Part shown: positions 1 through 7,771 of the stretch, piece by piece
Layout of the letters: each line of letters begins with the position of its first letter
Position numbering within the stretch: position 1 is the first letter of the stretch
NCBI GenBank assembly: GCA_016839445.1
Contig: JAEOUG010000088.1
Coordinates: 1 to 12,311 of the forward strand
DNA from: Candidatus Thorarchaeota archaeon
GTDB taxonomy: Archaea > Asgardarchaeota > Thorarchaeia > Thorarchaeales > Thorarchaeaceae
Direction of reading: 5' to 3'
Length of the DNA: 12,311 bases
Program-made: the position numbers and the translations under genes
The notes under the pieces: generated by a model
Databases searched by the model: none
Told to the model about the DNA's origin: nothing
The model's input: the letters and a program-made list of their open reading frames with translations, nothing else

Positions 1-555
1 TTTCCAGCCACCAAGAGGGAGCTCATCGGAAGGTTTGAGGAGATTCTTCAGATTGCCAAACACATGTGGGCGGGTGATGTGAAGCCATACGAAGGCGAGT
101 ACTACCGTCTTGCTGCCCCTCTCAACAACCCAGCTCCTCTCTCAAGTCCTCACCCGCCCATTCTCATCGGATGCGAGAAGGAGAAGAGAATGCTTCGGTT
201 AGTCGCGAAGTACGCAGATGCAGTGAACTTCCACCTCGGAACCCCGCTGGTTGGATTCTGGGATATGGGAAAGCACTGGTATGATACACGTGCGGAGAGA
301 CTTCCAAGAAAGCTGAGCAAACTGGAGCTCTATTGTCAGGATCATGGTCGGTCCATAGAGGACATAGAGAAGACGTTGCTGACGACGATTCGGCTGTCGC
401 CCACCGCAATGAGCCCAAGGGACGTAGTAGTGCTGTGCCGCGATGTGTCCGAGATGGGGTTTGACCACGTGATCTTCAACATGCCAGATGTCCATGAAAT
501 TGAGCATCTCAGGACATTTGGGGATGCCATAATCCCGGAGTTGTTGGACCTGTAG
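1..555 (+). CDS. LLM-class (luciferase-like) flavin/F420-dependent oxidoreductase, 5'-truncated by the window edge
   Basis: Frame is open from base 1 (FPATKRELIGRFEEILQIAKHMWAG...). Motifs 'YEGEYYRL', 'P..P..HPPILIG', 'EKRMLRLVAKYADAVN' and C-terminal 'GFDHVIF...FGDAIIPEL' match F420-dependent LLM proteins. ATG at 64 is an internal Met. Confidence 0.9.
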   Translation, partial: FPATKRELIGRFEEILQIAKHMWAGDVKPYEGEYYRLAAPLNNPAPLSSPHPPILIGCEKEKRMLRLVAKYADAVNFHLGTPLVGFWDMGKHWYDTRAERLPRKLSKLELYCQDHGRSIEDIEKTLLTTIRLSPTAMSPRDVVVLCRDVSEMGFDHVIFNMPDVHEIEHLRTFGDAIIPELLDL

Positions 556-597
556 CCCTGTAATCAGAGAGATGGAGCGAGTGGAGGAGAGACGTGA

Positions 598-1344
598 ATG
601 AAATCTGGAATCATAGGCATTGGCTTTGACATGGATGATACGCTATACAGGGACCCCTTTGGTGTCCCCGCCCTTGCAAGGAGAGCGCTGGAAAAGATCG
701 CGTTGGAGAATGTCAATGCGCAATCAGACTCTGATCTGCTCGAGCTGATTCGTCGCGGTCCAGAAGCCTGGCTTAGGCAGCATATGCTGGCAGAGAACGT
801 GGGTCATAATTGGATACCCACGCAGGAGGTCTGGGTCGAGTACTGCAGGAGATTCGTCGAGTCAATATCCCATTCATCGTGCTCAAATGAAATGGCAGCC
901 AGACTTCGGGAGGAATGGCAGAAACTAGGACCCCCAGGAAGAGGATCCTTCAGACCCAGACTCTCAAGAGGGTGTTATGACATGCTCTGGGAACTCCGTG
1001 CACGCGGCTACAGGCTTGGTCTGTGCACGAACAGACTCTATGACCCATCTCCTGTGTTAGAAAGGGACTCCATCCTTGGGGTGTTTCATTGCGTGGTGCA
1101 TTCGTCAGTACCGGGGTATGAGAAGCCGTCCCCCTACCTCTTGCTCCGCTTCTCTGACAGAGTGGAGGCGAACCCATCTAGATGCGTCTACGTTGGAGAC
1201 CGACTTGACGTAGATGTTATGGCAGCCCAGAGGGCCGGCATGATCCCAGTGTGGGCAAGCTGGAACTGCTCCGGTGTGGAAGACCCACCGAATTCTCTCC
1301 TCGTTGCAGAGACTCCTGAAGATATGCTGTCCATGTTCCCATGA
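598..1344 (+). CDS. HAD-superfamily hydrolase (subfamily IA, C1 cap)
   Basis: Motif I FDMDDTLY, motif II CTN, motif III KP(SP), motif IV GDRLDVD, followed by AQRAGM. GGAGGAG SD just upstream. Confidence 0.92.
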   Translation: MKSGIIGIGFDMDDTLYRDPFGVPALARRALEKIALENVNAQSDSDLLELIRRGPEAWLRQHMLAENVGHNWIPTQEVWVEYCRRFVESISHSSCSNEMAARLREEWQKLGPPGRGSFRPRLSRGCYDMLWELRARGYRLGLCTNRLYDPSPVLERDSILGVFHCVVHSSVPGYEKPSPYLLLRFSDRVEANPSRCVYVGDRLDVDVMAAQRAGMIPVWASWNCSGVEDPPNSLLVAETPEDMLSMFP

Positions 1345-1475
1345 GCTACAATCCCCGTCTGTACCCTCTGCCGTAGTCCCAATCTTGGACCTAGACCATT
1401 ATGTTACGCTTCAACTCATCCTATCAAAGTGGTACCAAGTGAATCCGCAACCATATGCACGCGGAGGCCATTACC

Positions 1476-1967
1476 ATGACTGGAGAAGCACCAAAACCCG
1501 AAGAGCGCTGGAGAAGATCACCGGAGCTCCGTGAGGACCTCTTCAACATAATGCGAAAAGAGAATGGAGTGCTCAATCCGAGCTCCGTCATAGCGACGAT
1601 TGAAGAAGACGGCTCGCCACACACGGCACCCTTCGGCAGCCTGCATGCAGTGACACCCACGAACATGCGCTTTGTCATCCATCGCTACCATGACACCCTT
1701 GCCAACATTCTGAGAGATGAGCGGGTAATGGTCTGCCTGGTGTGCCCCCCCGACATCGCTGTCAGTGTGAAGGGGAGAGCAAGGATCATAGACAACCCTT
1801 GGCAAGTGGATGACAGATATGCGCTGGCCGAACTCCTGATTGACGAGGTCAAGAATGATATGCCGCTCAAGATAGGAATCGATTCAGGCATCACGATTTC
1901 AGCGGAAGGGCCGTTTCAGGAGTGGTGGGCTTCATGCTGGAAACGACTTCAGGAGTCTGACGTGTGA
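1476..1967 (+). CDS. Pyridoxamine 5'-phosphate oxidase-like (flavin-binding split barrel) protein
   Basis: 'VIATIEEDGSPHTAPF', 'TLANILRDERVMV' and 'SVKGRARII' are typical of PNPOx-like proteins. Start placed at ATG 1476 because GGAGG lies at 1463-1467; the ORF track starts at 1455. Confidence 0.85.
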   Translation: MTGEAPKPEERWRRSPELREDLFNIMRKENGVLNPSSVIATIEEDGSPHTAPFGSLHAVTPTNMRFVIHRYHDTLANILRDERVMVCLVCPPDIAVSVKGRARIIDNPWQVDDRYALAELLIDEVKNDMPLKIGIDSGITISAEGPFQEWWASCWKRLQESDV

Positions 1968-2018
1968 CACGACACCTGCAACGGGTTTTCCTAGGCGTCA
2001 GTTCGCTTGATGGCTGAG

Positions 2019-2960
2019 TCACTTCCTGGCCCAGAGTAACCTGACGCGACAGTCTGCGGAGCCAATCTCGTCGAAGTATGCCTGGAGTACTGACTGGACC
2101 TCCTGTAGGTCCATGATATCTAGGTCTGACATGAGTTCCATCACCGTGTTGCTGATGAAGGTCCCAAGATCGGAGCACGGGCTTGTCGTATCGATGGTGT
2201 AGGGAAGAACGATGTACAGACTGCCTCCCCTCACAAGGACCCGTCTACACTCTTCCATCGACAGGCCAAAGGACTTCTTTTGGGGAACTCCAAGCAACCA
2301 GATTACATGGTAGGCTTCATTCTTGGCAGAGATGTCCTGTAGGCTGCCCTTAAGGAGCCGCGTTCTGGGACGTTGCTTCAGCGAACTCGGAAGAGATCCA
2401 ACAAAGTCGACTCGTTCTCCTTCCATAGTGGGCAGTATCGATTGGACGACTTCTTCCTCCAAATCGGTGAATGCACCAAACGATCCAATGAGAATCCGGG
2501 AACCAGGAGGAAAGGAATCGGCTGCACTCGAAATGCGGTTGAAGTGGACAGTGGAGAAAAGCCGGTATCGGCGGTATGTGTCGATAACGATTTTGACTGC
2601 GCTTCGTAGTAGACGAACTACTTCCTGTCTCCCTGCTGGCGTCAGCTCGTAGACTCTTCTGTCCGGCCCTTTCACACCCGGTTCCAGAGAAGCAGAGACC
2701 AGCCGTCGCCCCTCTAAGTCATTCAGCCAACGGTAGAGAGTATTGAGGCGGAGGCTAGAGAACTCAGCGCTCAGAGCACTCCAGATTCTGTAACCATGCA
2801 TCGACTCACTACTCAGGAGAATGAGCACCTCATCCTGAACCCTGACTCTCTCAACCCTCTGTCGGGTCGGAGGTTCCAGATGTCTGGGTCTACCGTAAGC
2901 ACCTTCTCTCGGACCAAGAGCCGTCTGAGGAACTTCACGCGAGCAGGATTCGTCTAGCAT
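2019..2960 (-). CDS. PadR-family wHTH regulator fused to a class I SAM-methyltransferase-like domain
   Basis: PadR signature 'VLILLSSESMHGYRIW...LNTLYRWLNDLEGRRLV...GPDRRVYELTPAGR'. C-terminal 'LKGSLQDISAKNEAYHVIW' and 'MEECRRVLVRGGSLYIV' are MTase-fold motifs. Start is uncertain (ATG 2960 preceded by GGTGG; ORF track 2996). Confidence 0.8.
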   Translation of the reverse strand: MLDESCSREVPQTALGPREGAYGRPRHLEPPTRQRVERVRVQDEVLILLSSESMHGYRIWSALSAEFSSLRLNTLYRWLNDLEGRRLVSASLEPGVKGPDRRVYELTPAGRQEVVRLLRSAVKIVIDTYRRYRLFSTVHFNRISSAADSFPPGSRILIGSFGAFTDLEEEVVQSILPTMEGERVDFVGSLPSSLKQRPRTRLLKGSLQDISAKNEAYHVIWLLGVPQKKSFGLSMEECRRVLVRGGSLYIVLPYTIDTTSPCSDLGTFISNTVMELMSDLDIMDLQEVQSVLQAYFDEIGSADCRVRLLWARK

Positions 2961-2974
2961 GTCCACCACACACC

Positions 2975-3050
2975 GGCAACACAATTGGCGAATCATTGCC
3001 GTCTTGTCTGCTCACCGAGTGGGCAATAGAAACTTAATAATCTTGCCGTC
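2975..3050. promoter_or_regulatory. Two operator-like inverted repeats GGCAA-N16-TTGCC(GTC); the second encloses a BRE/TATA-like GAAACTTAATAA
   Basis: GGCAA 2975-2979 / TTGCC 2996-3000 and GGCAA 3022-3026 / TTGCC 3043-3047. Both have 16-nt spacers and are followed by GTC. They lie between two divergent regulator genes. Confidence 0.55.
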
Positions 3051-3140
3051 GCAGCATGTTGCTCGGGCCAAGGGCTTATCTATGAGTCTGCAGCCAGAAT
3101 CAATGACACAGCCCCAGAACTGCACGGAGAGGTGTTCGAA

Positions 3141-4253
3141 TTGACTCGTGATGTTCCCTCGTTGGACAATAAGGACTTGAGAATCATCAGGGCACTCGAC
3201 AGTCGAGGGCCTGACGCAACGATGAGAGAACTCAGCCGGCTGTTGGGAATCCCATCCAGGACTCTTCGGTTTCGATTGTCACGATTGAGATCAAATGGGT
3301 ATCTGCGCCAGTTCAGATACTCGACCCGCGAGAAGAGGATTGGGCTAGGAGAGAACATCATAATCATGGAAACGGCCCCGAGTAGCAATCCATTTCCCGT
3401 CGAGTTCTTCGAGAAGACGCAGGCCGTTGGCTGGTACACAGCCACGTACGGAAGGATAAATGGGTTCCTCGCGAATGTGGTGTATCCACTAGAAGATCCA
3501 GATGCTAACAAGAGAGTCCTAGAGCAGCTAAGAGCGGCAGGGCTCATATCTGCCTACAAGATCTTCGACCTCTTCTCCTACCGGACAAAGGGATGGGATC
3601 TCAGCAAGTTTGACTCGGAAGGAAGATGGACATGGGATTGGCAGAAATGGCATCAGCAGATAGACTCCATCATCGACAGCGGGACAGGTGGCGTTGGTGT
3701 CGATGACGAACTTGAAACACAGATCTCGTTTGACGGCAAGGACGTTGTTCTTCTCAGGATGCTGCATGAGAACCCAGACACCACGCAGAAGGAAATGGCT
3801 CAGCGATTGAACCTGCCCCTGTCGCAGGTCCGGCGTCGGCTGCAGCAGCTGCGAGAAGAGGAGGTCATTGTGGGATACAAGCCCGTTTTCACTCCTTTCA
3901 GAGACACTCTCACCTTGATGTGCTTCATTGAGTCCACTAGTGCGGTCGAGCAAATCCTAGGATGTCTGCACCAACTACCATATACTCTGGATGTGTACAC
4001 TGAGTCATCAAGTAGCATCGCCATACGGATTAGGCTCTCTACATCTGATATAGTGGGATTCCTTCAGGGGTTGGATCGACTGCACCATCTTGCCGACTCC
4101 TTCTCGGTCCAGATACTCCACAAAGCAGTGTCTTTCGGGTCTGTACATCTGTACGACCTCTTCGATGCGGATGAACACAGATGGAACACGCATAGCCCTG
4201 AGTACCTCAGATGGCTCGAGCAATGGCTGAGTTCCCAGACTAGGCAATCATAG
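3141..4253 (+). CDS. Tandem-duplicated Lrp/AsnC-like winged-helix transcriptional regulator (two HTH + two RAM-like domains)
   Basis: HTH1 'LDNKDLRIIRAL...TMRELSRLLGIPSRTLRFRLSRLRSNGYL' and HTH2 'FDGKDVVLLRMLHENPDTTQKEMAQRLNLPLSQVRRRLQQLREEEVI'. GAGGTG SD at 3129-3134 favours TTG 3141 over GTG 3132. Confidence 0.88.
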   Translation: MTRDVPSLDNKDLRIIRALDSRGPDATMRELSRLLGIPSRTLRFRLSRLRSNGYLRQFRYSTREKRIGLGENIIIMETAPSSNPFPVEFFEKTQAVGWYTATYGRINGFLANVVYPLEDPDANKRVLEQLRAAGLISAYKIFDLFSYRTKGWDLSKFDSEGRWTWDWQKWHQQIDSIIDSGTGGVGVDDELETQISFDGKDVVLLRMLHENPDTTQKEMAQRLNLPLSQVRRRLQQLREEEVIVGYKPVFTPFRDTLTLMCFIESTSAVEQILGCLHQLPYTLDVYTESSSSIAIRIRLSTSDIVGFLQGLDRLHHLADSFSVQILHKAVSFGSVHLYDLFDADEHRWNTHSPEYLRWLEQWLSSQTRQS

Positions 4254-4255
4254 TC

Positions 4256-5260
4256 CTACTGAGACCATGGGTCACTCACACCAGCCAAGATACGCTCGAT
4301 TTCCTCCATCTGACTTCTCCTCAGAGGGCCGAAATCCATCGCCGAAACGTTCTCCCTGACTTGCTCTGCCTTTTTGAAGCCAGGTATGGGGATTAGGGCC
4401 CTATCTACGGACCAGATCCATGCGATTGCACCTTGTGTGAGTGACCGGCCATCTCCTGCTATAATTCCTCGAACACTCTCTAGGGCGGACAGAATCTGGG
4501 CCAGATTCCCTGCGGAGAAATCGGTGCCGTGCCAGACATGGTCTGCAGGAGGCATCGACTTCCTCCCGTACTTGCCGACCAGTAGACCGTATCCCAGCGG
4601 TCCCTTGATTATTCCGGCAACGTCGAACTTGGACACCACATCTTCAATCATCGCGTCATTCCTTGACACCAGATTGTGTCGAAACTGAACCGAGGTGAAG
4701 TGCTTTTGGTCGGCAAACTCCTGTGCATGCACGGAAGAATTGGTGCTCCACCCATAGTATCGAATCAGACCCTCATCGACGAGTTCGTTTAGTGTCCGAA
4801 TCACTTCAGAAGCTCGATCTATGGATAAATTCCCAAGATGGAGTTGGTAGATGTCGATGCAATCAGTTCCAATGCGATCCAGACTGGCTTGGCACGCTCG
4901 ACGGATTGCACGATCTGAAACGTCAGTTCCGACAGCACGACAGGGTATCAGGGAGCTGCCTTGTGTGTCGCTCCAGGAGTTGCCAAACTTCGTCGCCACG
5001 ACCACTTCGTCAATTTGACTGCCGAGAGCTTCTCCCAACACCCTCTCACTACGTCCACAGCCGTACACATCGGCAGTGTCGAAGAAGGTGACGCCCATCT
5101 CCAGTGCAACCTCTATCGCCCGCACCGACTCCTTATCGCTGACCCTTCCATATCCATTGATCTCGCCATGTTTCCCAAGAAACGGACCGCCTATACCAGC
5201 ACAGCCCAGGCCGAGCGCACTCACCTTCAGACCTGATTTTCCGAGTGTTCTAGTATGCAT
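4256..5260 (-). CDS. Aldo/keto reductase
   Basis: 'RTLGKSGLKVSALGLGC', catalytic D/Y in 'FDTADVYG', K in 'ATKFG', H in 'IDIYQLH', and 'IPIPGFK..QVRENV'. Start placed at ATG 5260 (MHTRTLG), the usual AKR N-terminus. Confidence 0.95.
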   Translation of the reverse strand: MHTRTLGKSGLKVSALGLGCAGIGGPFLGKHGEINGYGRVSDKESVRAIEVALEMGVTFFDTADVYGCGRSERVLGEALGSQIDEVVVATKFGNSWSDTQGSSLIPCRAVGTDVSDRAIRRACQASLDRIGTDCIDIYQLHLGNLSIDRASEVIRTLNELVDEGLIRYYGWSTNSSVHAQEFADQKHFTSVQFRHNLVSRNDAMIEDVVSKFDVAGIIKGPLGYGLLVGKYGRKSMPPADHVWHGTDFSAGNLAQILSALESVRGIIAGDGRSLTQGAIAWIWSVDRALIPIPGFKKAEQVRENVSAMDFGPLRRSQMEEIERILAGVSDPWSQ

Positions 5261-5587
5261 GAAACGCACCGGGACGATTAGTCGCTGTCTTCTCCTTGAA
5301 CCAGCGTGGGAAGCTTCAGCACTGACTCTGCTCACATAGTCGCAGAATCATCGGAGGGCGTCCGAACCGTGTGTGACTATTAAGAACCTGTGTCCAAGAC
5401 GGCCAGTAGGAGAACCAAGGGGACTCCGCACCCAGCAGCATGTGTACGGACAGGACATATGGGGATATATGGACAGACTGAACCCAGGGACACCAGACAG
5501 CCGAATAACGGTAGCACCATTCACGTTGAAGCCTTGTATCGACAGAATGGGGAACACCGACAAAGAGACTGACCAGGAGACCCTTCG

Positions 5588-6385
5588 TTGAATAGCAGAC
5601 TAATCATCCTTGGTTCTGGCGGGCCCTTCACCCTCCCGCAGTTCTTCTGTGAATGTAGTACATGCGAGACCGCCCGCAAGGAGCCAGAGTTGCGAAGGAC
5701 ACGGGCTTCAGCGGCCATTCTGGGAGAAGAAGTCACACTCATTGACGCAGGGCCTGACTTGGAGATGCAGCTCGAGCGCGAACGCATCAAGAGGATTGAC
5801 AACATCCTCATTACTCACTGGCATTATGACCATGTCGCGGGTCTTGGGGCAATTGACTACCCGCAGGTCATGTGTGGTTGGGACCCAATAGATGTCTTTG
5901 TCGAGAAGAGCTCAATATCCCGCTTCTCCAGGGAGCTCGAATACCTGAAAGACAGGATAACTCTCCACCCTGTATCTCCAGGGGACCTCATAGCGTTGCG
6001 GGACGCGACGATTCAGGTGGTCAGGACATCCCACACCGAGGATAGTGTGGGATACATCGTCAAGTCTGACACCAGAGTTGCGTATCTTGTCGATACTGCG
6101 CAGCCACCGGAGGAAACAACTCGATGTCTCAATGACGTAGACGTAATGGTCCTCGATGCAATGTTTGATTCGACAGACACGAAGTGGAGGCATTTCTCGG
6201 TTCAAGAGGCCATTGACTACTGGAAGTCAACATCAGTCAAGACCTGTGTTCTGACGCACCTCTCGGGCCACAGATGGGAGAACCGGCACTGGATTGCGGG
6301 GCTTACGCCCGAAGAGAGGACAGAGATTGAAAAGCAGAACAAGGGGCTCCGGTTCGCCTACGACGGGATGCGGATTCCCCTGTGA
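5588..6385 (+). CDS. MBL-fold metallo-hydrolase, PhnP/YycJ-like phosphodiesterase
   Basis: 'ILGSGG', Zn-binding CECSTC, 'RRTRAS', 'LIDAGPD', THWHYDH, 'YLVDT', 'HFS', 'LTHLS' and terminal 'AYDGMRI'. AGGAG SD precedes the TTG start. Confidence 0.92.
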   Translation: MNSRLIILGSGGPFTLPQFFCECSTCETARKEPELRRTRASAAILGEEVTLIDAGPDLEMQLERERIKRIDNILITHWHYDHVAGLGAIDYPQVMCGWDPIDVFVEKSSISRFSRELEYLKDRITLHPVSPGDLIALRDATIQVVRTSHTEDSVGYIVKSDTRVAYLVDTAQPPEETTRCLNDVDVMVLDAMFDSTDTKWRHFSVQEAIDYWKSTSVKTCVLTHLSGHRWENRHWIAGLTPEERTEIEKQNKGLRFAYDGMRIPL

Positions 6386-6428
6386 TCAACGGAATCTCCA
6401 CCTCCTTGGGATAGGTAGCTTCAACATT

Positions 6429-6914
6429 TCATTCTGAGCTGAGGTGCACAATATACTTGCACGTTGCATCTCCTCTGCCAATGGCAGATACGAGATCAGC
6501 ACGAACTGGACACTGGAGCAGAGCCGCAAATATGGCCTCGACCCAGCCCAAAGAGCAAGCACACCATATACCGCTAGGACTAACGAGCCCGTCTTGCACC
6601 AGCAGGCAGCCGCATGAATCACACTCAGAACTGATGGTGCCGTTCATGAAGGACCACTCCCCACACCATGGAATGTCCCTATTGAGCATCGCCACTCGTT
6701 CCTCAAGGCTCTCCGACTTCTGGGAGATTTCCAGAGCCTTGTGAAGGCTGACACCCCAGGCTGGTGGACAGGGGAGCGTTGCGCACATCACTCCAGCAGA
6801 TCTCATAACTCTCGCGCTTACTTCAAAGGATTCACTCTCAAGAGCTTCAAGGATTGCGTTGAGCATCCTGCCTGCGCGCTCTCCAGAAGTGATTCTCTCG
6901 ACATCTTTCATCAT
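6429..6914 (-). CDS. Cys-rich DUF6144/V4R-like small ligand- or metal-binding protein
   Basis: Pattern 'G..C', 'CGC', 'WCACSLGW', 'PVRADLVSAIGRGDATCKYIV' resembles DUF6144/V4R proteins. Strong SD AGGTGAT at 6926-6920; 11 nt downstream of the upstream gene. Confidence 0.72.
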   Translation of the reverse strand: MMKDVERITSGERAGRMLNAILEALESESFEVSARVMRSAGVMCATLPCPPAWGVSLHKALEISQKSESLEERVAMLNRDIPWCGEWSFMNGTISSECDSCGCLLVQDGLVSPSGIWCACSLGWVEAIFAALLQCPVRADLVSAIGRGDATCKYIVHLSSE

Positions 6915-6925
6915 ACTTGATCACC

Positions 6926-7750
6926 TTAACCTATGTTCACAACCTCCGAAGAAACCTCCGCTTCATCAATTCTGACAAGCAATGCAAGGTTGTCTTCCAT
7001 GGCAGGCGCAGAGATACACGTTGTCCTCCCGAGCACCCAGCGGCCTGCACGGTGAATATGACCACTTATCGCCAACCGAGGCTGGACAGCGGTGATTGCA
7101 TCCAGAACACTCTTCGAACCAGTTGACAGACCGCAAATTCGCTCGGAGCCAGGAAAACCGAAGGGAGGAACGTGGAGAACCCAGATGTCCGAGTGTGTCG
7201 CTTCGGTCACAAGAAACTCCCTTATCATGAAGTCCTGGAACTCACAGGGAGACCGAAGGGGAGCCCACTGCTCCAACATCTCAGGGGCTTCTGGGGTCAC
7301 GTCAATATGGCCGCCATGGATAGAGACTCCAATGGCCTCAAGGAACTGCTGCAGCCACTGCGACTTCTCTGCCTGCCTGAGAGTGGTCTCCGTGTATGGC
7401 TGGGCTCCAGAGAGAAGGCAGGAACGAATCCTCCTAATGTATGAGGCAGTGTCCTCTGCACCGCCATAGCCCGCAAACGAATAGCCCTCAACTTCCTTGA
7501 TACGCTTGTGTAACGAGATTTGCGGGTTCTCTGCCAGAGTAGCCTGAAGGCATCCTTCATCGCAGTTACCCGGAATCATGAGAAGCCTGCAGCGGGATGC
7601 TAGACTTCGTATGAATGCAAGCCCCTCTTCCTCAGCCTCAGAATCCAAGCCCAGATCACCAAGACACAGAGTCAAATCGTTTTCCGCCGCGATTTGCAGG
7701 ATGGATTCCTTGAAGTTGCCATGAATGTCAGAGATTACCAGTATTCTCAT
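6926..7750 (-). CDS. Calcineurin-like metallophosphoesterase (Icc-related)
   Basis: Motifs SDIHGN, GDL, PGNCD, HVPP and GHIH; 'GSKSV..AI...QPRL' is typical of the family. Confidence 0.92.
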   Translation of the reverse strand: MRILVISDIHGNFKESILQIAAENDLTLCLGDLGLDSEAEEEGLAFIRSLASRCRLLMIPGNCDEGCLQATLAENPQISLHKRIKEVEGYSFAGYGGAEDTASYIRRIRSCLLSGAQPYTETTLRQAEKSQWLQQFLEAIGVSIHGGHIDVTPEAPEMLEQWAPLRSPCEFQDFMIREFLVTEATHSDIWVLHVPPFGFPGSERICGLSTGSKSVLDAITAVQPRLAISGHIHRAGRWVLGRTTCISAPAMEDNLALLVRIDEAEVSSEVVNIG

Positions 7751-7771
7751 TGCCTGCCCCCCAGATCAGCT

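Noticed and set aside
553-600. LLM and HAD genes are in the same frame, separated by TAG and TGA (possible Pyl/Sec readthrough fusion)
   Set aside because: Both proteins look complete at the junction, the HAD has its own SD, and two stops would need recoding; a shared frame has a 1-in-3 chance.
5316-5365. C/D-box-like (CGATGA...CTGA) and T-loop-like (GGTTCGG) strings on the minus strand
   Set aside because: Box C is degenerate, the spacing is too short and lacks C'/D', and no tRNA cloverleaf forms.
5373-5591. Small ORFs upstream of the MBL gene (including a 40-aa ORF from ATG 5469 ending in a TTGA overlap)
   Set aside because: No motif and only a weak SD; any TTG-A start creates such a stop overlap. 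Not fully excluded. The same applies to the ORF ending at 3144.
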